Positions 42,634 to 53,825 of a DNA stretch of 64,000 nucleotides are shown here, one piece after another. Numbering within the stretch: the stretch's first letter is position 1; each line of letters begins with the position of its first letter. The DNA lies in assembly GCA_963804955.1 (NCBI GenBank), contig CAWDSQ010000005.1, positions 192,001 through 256,000 on the forward strand. The letters run 5' to 3'. The position numbers and the translations under genes are program-made. Origin of the DNA: an uncultured delta proteobacterium (lineage in GTDB: Bacteria > Desulfobacterota > WTBG01 > CAIYCZ01 > CAIRTM01). The notes under the pieces are model-generated. The model saw nothing but the letters and a program-made list of their open reading frames with translations. It was not told the origin of the DNA and ran no database searches.

Positions 42634-44844
42634 ATGAAAAAATTCGGCGCGAAATTTGAGATAGACGGCCTGATAGAGGCGGTTATAAACAGCGGACAGT
42701 CTGCTGCAGCACTGCCGGCGGATATGCGTGCGCGTGCCGAGCGCGTTCGCGCTTTTGACTGCAGCGCCGCACGCGTAGTCGTGTTCGGCGGCGGAACAGG
42801 ACTTTCGACGGTCATTGGCGGCAACTCGCAGCTTGCAAGCTGGCTGGAAAATCCCGATGTGGGGCTCAAAAAAATATTCCCCCATCTTGATATTGTTGTT
42901 TGTACCACTGATGACGGCGGGTCAACCGGCTCTTTTTTGAAACAGCTGCCCATGATCGGCATAGGCGATATGCGCAAAGCATGCCTGTCGATGATCCGCT
43001 CCCGCAATCTTGAAAAGACCTACGGCATAAGCTCTGAGCAGTGCAGCCGGCTTATCCGCCTCATTCACCGGATATTCAACCATCGTTTCCCTGCGGACTA
43101 TGGCGGCTTTAAATATCTCGCCGATCCGCTGCTGGTGGCGCCGAAGGAGCTGAGGATCAGCTGCCCTGCTGCGCTGCAACAGATGCTCCGCCGTCTGGGG
43201 GTGTTTTTTACTCCGGCCGGTGAGGGGCCTGCCATTAAACCCTCCGGGCATAGTCTTGGCAATATGCTCCTTACGGCGGCCCTGCTCATGGAAACGGGGG
43301 GCAACTTTCAGCGGCCAGCCCGCATACATGAAGTCCGCAGGGGGCTTGACCGCATTGCCCGCGCACTCGGGATAATCCCCGGCTGTCTGCATCCGGCAAC
43401 CGTCGCGCCGGGAGAGCTTGTTTTCCGTTACGCAAACGGGGTTGAGGTGCAGGGCGAGAGCAAATCAACCAATGCCCGCCGCGGTTTTCCGGTGGAAGCG
43501 GTCTACACGGAATTTCGCAGCGCCCCTGTCCTGAGCAGCCGCATCATCCGGGCGGTGCAGAACGCCGATCTGATCGTGCTTGCTCCCGGCAGCCTGTATA
43601 CGAGCATCATTCCCGTGCTGCAGCTGCCGGGCCTTGCCGACCTCATCCGGGCAAACCGCAGGGCTTTAAAAATTCTCGGGGCCAATTTCTGGATAGAGGA
43701 GGGGGAAACAGACATTACCCATGCGGACAAGCGGCGCGGATACCGCATATCCGAGCTGATCGATGCCTATGACAGAAATGTTCCCGGCGGCGCTGCAGAG
43801 CTGTTCGACTTTGTCCTGAGCGCGAACCTTGAGCATATGCCCGGAAGCATTATCAGGAACTATGCACTGGAGGGCAAAAGGCCCATCTATCTCGACCGGC
43901 AGCATGTAGAGGCCATGGGCGTGCAGCCTGTTGAATCAACGCTTTTTTCTCTTGAGCAGTTGCGCCAGCGGGACGCCATTCAGCACGATCCGGAAAAATT
44001 CAGCCTTGCCCTGCGCACCATGCTGTACAGCTGGCAGCAAACCGGGCTGGCGAAAAAACAAAAATCCGCCCGCCCGGGAGCAAAAGAGACGCACAGGGGC
44101 TGCCGCGTCAGCAAACCTTTTTTATGCGCCTACCGTTCGGCTGTCGACAAGGCGCTTGCATCAAAATTTTTACAGCCGCCGCGCCTGCGCGGCATACTGC
44201 GTGATTTGCTTTGGGACAACCGGGATATTCGACCCGCCCATCTTGACCGCTTCAAAGGCGTTCGGGTCATTCCCGCTGCCGCATGGAACAGAAGCACGGA
44301 ATGGGACAATGTCCTGGGATATTATGACCCGCAGGACCGGCTGCTTAAAATCCACAGTCACCTGTCGGATGACCCTGTGGAGCTCAGGGGCAACCTGCTG
44401 ATAGCACTGGGCGAATCTCTGCTGGGGCGCTATATTGAGTCGCGCAGGTGGATTGCGCAGCAAACCGGCGGGTCCTGGGGCTGGCGAAGCTATGAAATAC
44501 GGCTCCGGGCGCCCCGGGAGCGCGACTGCCTGCTGAGCCCGGCACAGCTGCACGCCTACCTGCGGCTTGCCAGAATGGTTCCGGACCCCGGGCATGAGGG
44601 GATATACCGCATTACGCTCAACAATAATGACGGGTTCATACCGCCGGGCCTGCTGTTCGGCCTTATGTATGCCTGGTATCTTGACAATACCTGCGCGCCG
44701 ATCATGGAAAACGAAATGTCCATGCTGCACTGGCATGAGGCGACGCTGATACCGCATCAGGTAAAGGAGTACCGGCGGAAAAAAAACCTCATAGATTTTT
44801 TCAGGACTGAAATTTTCGGCTATGCCGCGCGGTGCAGCGCCTGA
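42634..44844 (+). CDS. YvcK/GlmR (UPF0052) family protein with a long C-terminal extension
   Basis: VVVFGGGTGLS, DDGGSTG, GHSLGN, LAPGSLYTSIIP and HDPEK motifs. Confidence 0.85.
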   Translation: MKKFGAKFEIDGLIEAVINSGQSAAALPADMRARAERVRAFDCSAARVVVFGGGTGLSTVIGGNSQLASWLENPDVGLKKIFPHLDIVVCTTDDGGSTGSFLKQLPMIGIGDMRKACLSMIRSRNLEKTYGISSEQCSRLIRLIHRIFNHRFPADYGGFKYLADPLLVAPKELRISCPAALQQMLRRLGVFFTPAGEGPAIKPSGHSLGNMLLTAALLMETGGNFQRPARIHEVRRGLDRIARALGIIPGCLHPATVAPGELVFRYANGVEVQGESKSTNARRGFPVEAVYTEFRSAPVLSSRIIRAVQNADLIVLAPGSLYTSIIPVLQLPGLADLIRANRRALKILGANFWIEEGETDITHADKRRGYRISELIDAYDRNVPGGAAELFDFVLSANLEHMPGSIIRNYALEGKRPIYLDRQHVEAMGVQPVESTLFSLEQLRQRDAIQHDPEKFSLALRTMLYSWQQTGLAKKQKSARPGAKETHRGCRVSKPFLCAYRSAVDKALASKFLQPPRLRGILRDLLWDNRDIRPAHLDRFKGVRVIPAAAWNRSTEWDNVLGYYDPQDRLLKIHSHLSDDPVELRGNLLIALGESLLGRYIESRRWIAQQTGGSWGWRSYEIRLRAPRERDCLLSPAQLHAYLRLARMVPDPGHEGIYRITLNNNDGFIPPGLLFGLMYAWYLDNTCAPIMENEMSMLHWHEATLIPHQVKEYRRKKNLIDFFRTEIFGYAARCSA

Positions 44845-44944
44845 CGCAGACCATGTCCGCGCAGGCAGGCTCCGGTATATACCGTAGCGCCGCAGATGCG
44901 GGCTATCGCACTGCTTTTAATTTTAACATCAGCACGGGGGAACT

Positions 44945-46295
44945 ATGGGAACCTTATTCGGGACCGATGGCATCAGGGGCGAGGCCAACCGCCATCCGAT
45001 GGACGCTTATATGGCCTTTGCCGTGGGGCAGGCCGTCACGCATGTGCTGAAAAAAAAGGGGCATACCACGCGGGTGATCATCGGCAAGGACACGCGCATT
45101 TCAGGCTATATGCTGGAAAGCGCTCTTGAATCGGGCATTACCTCCATGGGCGGTGTTCCCTACCTGGTCGGCGTGCTGCCGACCCCGGGCATTGCTTTTA
45201 TCACGGAAAGCATGCGGGCTGATGCAGGCATTGTCATATCGGCATCCCATAATCCCTTCCAGGACAACGGCATAAAAATATTTTCAGGCTCCGGGTTTAA
45301 GCTCTCCGATACGCAGGAAGCTGAAATCGAGCAGCTTATTCTCGGGGGCAGGCTTCCCGAGATGGTAGCCCCTCCCCGTGAGATGGGCCATGCATTCCGC
45401 CTGACGGACGTGCACGGCCGCTATATAGTATTTCTGAAAAGCACCTTCTCCCGCAGCCTGTCCATGGAGGGAATGAAAATCGTCATGGATGCTGCAAACG
45501 GCGCAACCTATAAGGTCGCACCTGAGGCATTCACCGAGCTCGGGGCCGATCTTACCGTCATTCACAATATGCCCAACGGCCTCAACATAAACGACCAGTG
45601 CGGCTCCCAGCACACCGATGGTCTCAAAAAGACATGTTGTTGAAACCGGCGCTTCGATCGGCCTGGCATTTGACGGCGACGGCGACAGGCTCATTGCTGT
45701 TGATGAAAAGGGCAACACCATTACCGGCGATCAGATACTGCTTATCTGCGCCCGGATGCTGCAGGCTGAAGGCAAACTCGCCAACGATCTCGTGGTCAGC
45801 ACGGTCATGAGCAATCTCGGTTTCATTCTTGCCTGTAAAAAATACGGCTTGCGGCACCATGCAGCACAGGTCGGCGACCGCAATGTGCTTGAGGACATGC
45901 AGCGCCTCGGAGCGGTCATCGGCGGCGAGGATTCGGGTCATATGATATTTACAAACCACCACTCGACCGGCGACGGCATCATTACCGCGCTGCAGCTGAT
46001 CTCGGCCATGCTCAGGTCTGGCAAGCCGCTCTCAGAGCTTGCGCGTCTTATGAACGTGCTGCCGCAGAAGCTGATTAATATAGATGTCAAGTCCAAGCCC
46101 GATATCGCCACCGTGCCTGAAATAGTTGAAGCCATCAGGCAGGTCGAGGCTGAGCTGGGTGAGCAGGGCCGCGTGCTGGTGCGCTATTCCGGCACGCAGA
46201 ACATGTGCCGGGTCATGGTCGAAGGACCCACCAGGGAGCAGACCGAAAAATACTGCGGCCATATCGCCGACGCGGTCAGGGCAGCCCTGACCTGA
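44945..46295 (+). CDS. glmM: Phosphoglucosamine mutase (frameshift)
   Basis: LFGTDGIRG, ISASHNP, FDGDGDR and RYSGT motifs. Confidence 0.96.
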
Positions 46296-46556
46296 CGGGC
46301 TGAAATGCTCTTTATAAAAGCTGCGCCGCGCTTGCAGGCCGGACTAATCTGCCGCGGCGGAGTGCCCGGCATGGGAACAGCATTTCGAGATGCTGTGCAG
46401 GCATCCTTCTTTTTGTGGCCTTCGATCACAGGCAACCGGAAACAGCCCATGCTCATGTGTCTCAGATCTTAGACATGACACCAGCCCCTTTAAATTTTTA
46501 GTAAAGCTGCGCAGCAGGGATAACAATACCAAATAGCGGGATTATTATTTTCTTGA

Positions 46557-47408
46557 GTGTTTCCAGTGCTGAAAAAAATTACAGTACTATTTTTACTCTT
46601 CTTTTTTGACCTCCATTCAAGCGCCATTGCCGGAATTGAAAAACTTGGCGAAACGCTGAGCACGCTCGGCATACAAGATATGCTCCCGCAATCGGGAATA
46701 GATTTCGACCGGGCTGCCGACTATCTTAACTGGGAACAGCTGAATGTTTCACTCAAAGCAGATATGACAAGCTCGACCCACATGTTCGGGAAAACCGTGC
46801 GGGTTGATTCGGTTGTTTATAAAAAAGGCCTTACCGGCATACGCATTGATATCATAGGGGGGCTGCAGGTACAGGAAAATGCAAAAACCCTGTCGCTTGT
46901 AAACTGCTACCTGCTGGAGTACCCGCTCAAAGATAAAGCTTTTATAGTGTTCCCATTGAAAAAAGGCTACATGGAGCTTGATCCTGAAAAAATCAGGGAG
47001 ATGCTTGGCGACAGGCTTAAAAAAAGCGGGAAGAAAAAAAGCACTGTGCAAAAAAAGGAGAAGCAGGGCGCCGAGGAAATTGATGGCAGGCAGTGCGAAA
47101 AAATGCATATCGTTACGGTATCAGGCAAGGGAATGAAAAACGATATAACCACCTGGCTAGCCAAAGACCTTTCAGGCTTTCCCGTAAAATCACTTCTGCA
47201 GTTTGACCTTCCGCTCGGCCAGACCGGCGCCAGCTCCATCATATTCAGCAATATTGTTAAAGGGGAACAGGAAGAGGCCCTTTTTGAACTGTCCGAGGAG
47301 TATGAAAAATACGATAACCTTGTCGAGCTTGCAACGGAAGGCAGAATGGGCTCGCGTCTGGAAAAATCCAAAGACCGGAGCAGGCCTTTTGAGAAGCGGC
47401 AGCATTGA
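46557..47408 (+). CDS. DUF4412-like secreted protein
   Basis: Signal peptide; GAEEIDGRQCEK..WLAKDLSGFPVK..LFE motif. Confidence 0.7.
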   Translation: MFPVLKKITVLFLLFFFDLHSSAIAGIEKLGETLSTLGIQDMLPQSGIDFDRAADYLNWEQLNVSLKADMTSSTHMFGKTVRVDSVVYKKGLTGIRIDIIGGLQVQENAKTLSLVNCYLLEYPLKDKAFIVFPLKKGYMELDPEKIREMLGDRLKKSGKKKSTVQKKEKQGAEEIDGRQCEKMHIVTVSGKGMKNDITTWLAKDLSGFPVKSLLQFDLPLGQTGASSIIFSNIVKGEQEEALFELSEEYEKYDNLVELATEGRMGSRLEKSKDRSRPFEKRQH

Positions 47409-47673
47409 TGTCAAACACATTGAATGCCACCTAAAAAGGCCCAACGCAGGACTTCTATATTTTCACAGTGCTTCTCTGCTCTGCGTGCAGTAAGGACATT
47501 GGATTTTTTACATATTAAATTTAATAAACTGCAATTCTTCGGGTTTCCCTTTGTCCAGTTAGAGAGCCCTTTCTAAAGCCGTTATCGGTGCGCGATGCGC
47601 ACCCTGACGGCTGATGATTTTAAAATGGACGTTCTCCAATGGCTCCCATTAGATAAAAGGCAATAACAGATCG

Positions 47674-48441
47674 CTAAAACCGTACCGAAGGGGGGAGCAT
47701 GTGCTGCATAAAACTCAGCGGCGGCACTCCCAGGCTGACGCCGCCCTGAAAAAATCTGTTGTCCATAAAGGTAAACCTTACCCACTCTGACCGGAACCGG
47801 TTCATTTGCTCCAGCTGCTCCTGAGAGTAGGGGCTGTCTTTTCTTTTTTCAACTACAGCACCATAGGCATTAAAAATTGCATCGGCAGCATCCATGAAGA
47901 AATCATGATTGGCTTCATCAGGCATGAGAGACAGGCCGGCGGCATAGCCCACCCCGATCCCCGCTTCTTTCATGCGAAACATCTCACAATAGCTTCCGGG
48001 AAGGTCGGGATATTTTCTACCGTGCTTTCTGCAGACAGCGCCGATTTGCGCCTGGAGATAGAGCTTGTCCTCCTCGATGGGCACGATCGGATACACATCG
48101 AAAAATCCGGGATGATGCACAAGGCCCTGCTCATCCACGCGCTCGAAAACAGCCATCAACAAGGGCACCATGGGGTTTGCCGGAAAGGTTTGGATGCCCA
48201 GCCACTGGATGCTGCTTTGATACTCACGGTCTGGAATTCTCACCGTTGCAGAGATGTTTGAGACGCAAACCTTTTCAAATACTGCACCCCGGCTGACATT
48301 GACTTCAACCTGGCCGGCTTTCGTTGTAAAATCCAGCTGTTCTTTTTCAAAAGCGCTGTCCGGGTTGAACAGGGAAAAGGCATCAATATAGTTCTGCTTT
48401 AATTTCAGAAGAAAGGTATCGGTAAGCATAGAGGTCTCCAT
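47674..48441 (-). CDS. Divergent HemF (coproporphyrinogen III oxidase)-fold protein
   Basis: GAVFEK, PANPMVP, AYGAVVEKRK and LPPSVRF align with HemF blocks by eye. Confidence 0.7.
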   Translation of the reverse strand: METSMLTDTFLLKLKQNYIDAFSLFNPDSAFEKEQLDFTTKAGQVEVNVSRGAVFEKVCVSNISATVRIPDREYQSSIQWLGIQTFPANPMVPLLMAVFERVDEQGLVHHPGFFDVYPIVPIEEDKLYLQAQIGAVCRKHGRKYPDLPGSYCEMFRMKEAGIGVGYAAGLSLMPDEANHDFFMDAADAIFNAYGAVVEKRKDSPYSQEQLEQMNRFRSEWVRFTFMDNRFFQGGVSLGVPPLSFMQHMLPPSVRF

Positions 48442-48870
48442 TGTTAAGAAAAAAGTGTTTGTCGTGATGTGAAACTGTAAGAAGGACTTATTGCCTGCTT
48501 ATTGATAAGAACTCGCTTTGAGATGGGGCAAATATAGGACGAGGGCGAGTGTGTGTCAAGGCAAACGAAGGATATTTACGTAAGCAGCCGCCAGGCTGAG
48601 GGCTTCGGCAAGGGATCGGAGCATACGCAGAGCAATTCAGATACTTCTGGTAAGCTTGAATTTTCGGGGTTCGTATAAGCCCAGCATGAGAGCCGTACTG
48701 TGGAGTTTTGGGAAGCAAAGTAAAGGCACAAGATGTTGTGGTCAATAGTATTCAGCGTCCGCCTCACTAGACCCTCCCTTTTTTTAGCTAAGTGTTTCTT
48801 GTTGACTCAAAAGCTCAATGGCTGATAGGCTTTGCTTTATGATTAAGATAAATATTCAAAGGAGGGTTCT

Positions 48871-50399
48871 ATGCAGTTAAGAAAATCAATATTCATTCTC
48901 TCCTTGTTTGCCTCGCTGTTACCCGCTCTTGCCGGGGCATACCCTGCCGAAGTGTCGCGCACCGGGCAGACGACCTGTTATGACACGGCCGGCATTGTTA
49001 TCGACTGCGACGATACAGGCCAGGATGGAGACTGGCTGGCCGTGTGCCCTGGCCTGATACTAGATTTAACGAACGCGCTGACGGCACGGTCTCCGACAAT
49101 CTCACAGGCCTCGTTTGGGCTCAAAATGCAAACCTCATGGTTGCGCGGAACCCGGGCTTTGATAACGATAATATATCCGATGACGGCCGGGTAACCTGGC
49201 AGCATGCCCTGACTATGTGGCAAAGCTCAACAATGAAAACTATCGTGCGACAGCGATTGGCGGCTTCCAAATGTGAACGAGCTTGAAAGCCTGGTGAATG
49301 CTGAACTTTAAGCACCGGCCCTGCCGAACCTGCATCCTTTCATAAATGTAGAGTCGCACCTCTACTGGTCGTCTACTACGAACGATAGCTTTCAGACTTC
49401 GCGTGGGGCGTGTACTTCGACGACGGCGGTGTCTACACGACGCCGAAGACAATACTTGTTATGTTTGGCCAGTTCGTTCAGGCATGGATCATCTGGTAAT
49501 TCGGTCAATTGTCTGCGAAACAGGGCAGACAAGTTGCTATAGCGCTGCCGGCGATAACATAACCTGCGCAGGCACGGGGCAGGATGGTGATTCGCTGATC
49601 GGCGTTGACTGGCCTGATCCGCGGTTTACCGATCATGGCGACAATGCGACAACCGACAATCTGACGGGCCTTATGTGGGCAAAGGATGCAAATTTGCCGA
49701 TTGGAGTTTTGACCTGGCAGGGAGCGCTTGAGTATGTGGCAGATATGAATGCGGGCACACATGCGAATTTCGGCTGATACTGACTGGCGGCTGCCCAACA
49801 GACGAGAGCTGCGCAGCCTTGCCGACTATGAACTATTTACCCCTGCGCTTCCCTTGGGGCACCCCTTCACACAGGTGCAGTCGAGCGGCTACTGGTCGTC
49901 GACGTCCTACGCGTACGGTACGGGCGACGCGTGGCTCGTGCACTTCTACTTCGGCGCCGTCATCCCCGACAATAAGGCGGGCAGCGACTACTATGTCTGG
50001 CCGGTACGCTCAGGGCAGTGTGGGTCATTTGATAATTCCACCACCACCACGACGGTGGTCATTTCCACAACAACCACCTCAACCGGCGGCGGTTCGACAA
50101 CAACGACAACAACCGGAGGGGTGTCAACCACGACCTCGATCATTGCTTCAACAACAACCACGACGACCACCGGCATATGCCCGGTAAAAAAGACGCTTGG
50201 CGAGAATAATCCTAATCTTGAAAATCTGCGCGATTTCCGCGACAGCAAACTTGCTCAAAGCGCCGTGGGCCGCAAAGTCATTCAAATCTATTACAACAAT
50301 GCCGACAGCATAAATGCCGCTCTAGAGCGCAGCCCTGCCCTGAGGGCAGCAACAAGACGAGTGCTTGAAACAATTGCACCGATGGTCGGGAAGAATTAA
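48871..50399 (+). CDS. Secreted tandem DUF1566 (Lcl) protein with Thr-rich linker and CFI-box-CTERM-like tail; multiply frameshifted
   Basis: Two copies of TGQTxCY..DGD..WP.PRF..DNLTGLxW..WRLPN..YWSST..YVWPVRSG; the tail reads LRDFRDSKL..GRKVIQIYY. Confidence 0.85.
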
Positions 50400-50436
50400 A
50401 ACTGGAACTGCGGCGAAATCCTTTTGAAGAAAATAG

Positions 50437-50471
50437 GGCCTGGCCACTGCATATTGTGGTCAGGCCTTTTC
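50437..50471 (+). terminator. Terminator after the DUF1566 gene
   Basis: GGCCTGGCCAC...GTGGTCAGGCCTTTT. Confidence 0.65.
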
Positions 50472-50756
50472 TCTAAAAAGTCCACATTACGTGTCAGAAT
50501 GTTGAAATGGCAAAAATTGCATATTACCCCTGACCTCATGCAAAAATGATTGCTGATGTAGTAACTGTACTTTTCAGCTTCAGGGCGGATGCCACTTTCC
50601 CCGCAATTAAGTTTGTAGGGTCGACGACGGCCGCCCCTGCTTTATAGATCGAAAACAGTGAATTTCTGAAATGATTGGTGTTTGATAATAAAAAAAGGCG
50701 GGTTAGCACCCGCCATTTGAACTCACGATTTACAAAGTAAAGAACTATGAACCTGC

Positions 50757-53236
50757 TTACGAAGACGGCCGTTCAATCACCCATTTGTTGACCATTGCAA
50801 AAACGATTTCCCGCTTGATGGGCTTGGCCATATAGTCATCCATGCCCGCATCAAGGCATTTCTGGCTGTCTCCCTTCATTGCATGGGCGGTCATGGCAAC
50901 AATGGGTATTTTGTCGAATCCCAAACGCTCTGATTTCACGCGTGGCGTCGAGACCGGAGAGCTCCGGCATCTGTACATCCATGAAGATAAGGTCGAATGA
51001 TGCAGCCTGCGCAATGCATAAGGCGACAGCCTCCCTGCCGTTGTTCGCTACTGGTTACGTGGTAGCCGGCCTTGGTCAGCAGGGTGGTGGCCAGCTTCTG
51101 GTTCACAATATTGTCTTCGGCCAGCAGAATCGATACGGCATGCTTGACCTCTTCGCGGACCGAATACTGCGTCATGATTTTCGGCTGTGCGCCGGGCTCA
51201 TCGCCATTACCCGTTTTTGTCTTGCTCAGCAGCAGCTCCACCATTTTTAAAAGCTTCTGCCGGTGTACGGGTTTGGGCATATAGCCGCTGAACCCGACCG
51301 ACTGGCACTTGCGGACACTGCGCACGGACAGGGACGATGATGCGATGAGCGGAAACCCGCCGCCGGGCATTTCCTGAATCCGCTGAGCTATTTCATAGCC
51401 GCTGATGCGGGGCATCTGAATATCGAGAATACCCAGAGCAAAAAGGTCGCCGGTTGCCTCTGACCTGCTCACGGCTGCAAAGGCCTCCTCTGCCGTGCTT
51501 GCCGTCACCACGCGCATGCCGGCATGTTCAAGCATATGCTGCAGAATTTCGATATTGTTAAAGTTGTCGTCAACCACGAGAGCTTTCTGGTTTTCCAGCG
51601 ACTCATAGCACAGGCGCGGCGCGTTTATGCTGGCCGCTTTTTTCATGACCGCCGTGCAGTGAAATATGCTGCCTTTGCCGGGCGTGCTTTCGGCCCAGGC
51701 ATCGCCGTCAAACAGGCGGGCGATTCTGCGGCAGATTGACAGCCCGAGCCCCGTGCCGCCGTATCTGCGGGTGGTCGATCCGTCTGCCTGCAGAAAAGGT
51801 TCAAAGATTATTTTGAGTTTGTCCGGCGGAATGCCGATGCCGGTATCGCGCACCATGGCGTGCAGCTTTACCTCCGAGCCGGTTTCAGTTTCCACATCAA
51901 GGGCAAGCTCTATTTCCCCCTGCTCGGTGAACTTGGCTGCATTGCTCATGAGATTGGTCAGGACCTGCTTGAAACGGTACGGATCGCCGAGGAGCTTGAA
52001 CGGCACATGATCGCCTACGCGCAGCAGCACTTCAATCGGCTTGCCGAGCACGCGGGGGCGCAGCAGTTCGCATACATCGTAGCAGAGGATTTCAGGGTCG
52101 AATTCAATCGACTCGAATTCGAGCACGCCTGATTCTATTTTTGAAAAGTCAAGAATATCGTTGATGAGCGCCAGCAGCGTCTCGCCGCTGCGCTTGATGG
52201 TTTCAACAAAATCGCTTTGCTCCGTTGACAGCTTGGTATCCATGAGCATATCGGCAAAACCGATAACGCCATTCATGGGCGTTCGTATTTCATGGCTCAT
52301 ATTTGCCAGAAATTCGCTTTTTGCAATATTTGCAAGCTCTGCTTCCTCTGCCAGCATGCGGGTTTCTTCCATGGCTTTTTGCAGGGCGCGGTCGGCGATT
52401 TTGCGCTGCGTAATATCGCGGAAGTTGCAGATGGAACCGCGGCGCTCACCGTTTTTGTCTTTCAGAATCGCTATGGTCGCCTCGACGGGAACCACCTTGC
52501 TGTCTTTGTTGAACAGATAAAAGTCATAATTGCTGACCCGGCCCTTTTGAAAAAGCTCATTGGCCCGTTCAACCTGGCTGTTTTGATAGTCTTCCCCGAT
52601 TTCGACGGTTTCTCCGGTCGTGCTTTCGAAAACGCCGTCAAAGGGACCCATCTCGATCAGGTGCCTTCCAAGCATCTCTTCGGCGGTAAACCCGAGCAGA
52701 TGCTCCATGGCAGCATTGACCGTTACCACATGGCCGGTAAAATCGGCGATTAAAATAGCGTCGCCTGAATTCTCCAGTACGTATTTGTAGTTTTCCTCAA
52801 GCTCCCACAGCTTTTCGTCATCGGCTTTATCAAGTGCTGGAGCGGCATCAGGCTTTTTGCCTGTCAGCGGCTCGATCATGCCGATTGCCATGGTTACTTC
52901 GCCTGCCGCGTCACGAATCATCGCAGAGCGCAGTCGAAGAGGAACGAGCTCGCCCTGTTTATTGACGAGCGACATTTCAATAGGGCTCTGCTCGGCACGC
53001 TGAAAATGGTGCAGCCTGATGGCATAGGTGACCTTTTGGACCCGGTCTTCTTTGTGGACAATATGGATAAAATTTTTATCAGCGAGGTCTTCTTCTGTGT
53101 AGCCGAGAATGTCGGTAAATGCAGGATTGATGCGCAGGAAATTCCCTTTGGGATTAATGAAAAACATGCCCTCAAAAGAATTTTGAAGGATCTGTTCGCA
53201 ATACTGCCGCACGTTTGGATCACTCTGTGTGGTCAT
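50757..53236 (-). CDS. Hybrid sensor histidine kinase (2 PAS, HisKA, HATPase, 2 REC); frameshifted at the 3' end
   Basis: [32 protein letters not shown] and [10 protein letters not shown] motifs. Confidence 0.93.
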
Positions 53237-53428
53237 GGCCCAGTCTCACCTGTTTAAATTGTTTGAACGAGAACGGGTGCTAATAATAAATCTATATTAT
53301 TTTAACGCGAACCTCTTATTTTTCAAAACAATAATTAATTAATGCCAGTATATTTTTTTGTTGCCATTACATAAATTGTATTTTATGCTTTAATCATACT
53401 TATTGTTTTGTATATAGGTATTAAAATT

Positions 53429-53825
53429 ATGGCAGAAAAAAGAAAAATTAAACAGATCCCTGAAACGTCTTAAGCTGAGATACGGCGTCAATCGTGCTTC
53501 AACTCTGGCCTTTACGGAAGATCTCTCGGAAACAGGCGTTTTTGTCAGGGCGGTAAATGTCATGGGTCCGGGAGTTATTATGCAGGTGGAGCTCTTCATG
53601 CCGGACAATTTGCCCGTAACTTTTGAGGCCAGGGTGGTCTGGAGCAGACGTGTGCCTGGAAGCCTTATTCATCTGTCAAAAGGCGGCATGGGCCTGCTGA
53701 TAACAAAATTTTTGTCCGGTGAGGAAAAATATCTCGATTTCTGCCGCAGCGTGTTGGACAAACAACAGCAAACGCCCGGGCTGGCACCCACTACTCCTAC
53801 TGTTTCCCCGGATAAGCAGCCTTAA
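53429..53825 (+). CDS. PilZ-domain protein (frameshift in the 5' poly-A)
   Basis: Removing one A gives MAEKRKLNR (RxxxR), followed by DLSETG and ARVVW. Confidence 0.75.

Noticed and set aside
46296..46500. Hairpin-rich spacer after glmM as a riboswitch or glmS ribozyme
   Set aside because: There is no recognisable consensus, and it lies downstream of glmM rather than upstream of glmS.
48460..48860. DGR template repeat or RT upstream of the DUF1566 gene
   Set aside because: There is no AAC-rich copy of either variable region and no YxDD reverse-transcriptase ORF in the window.
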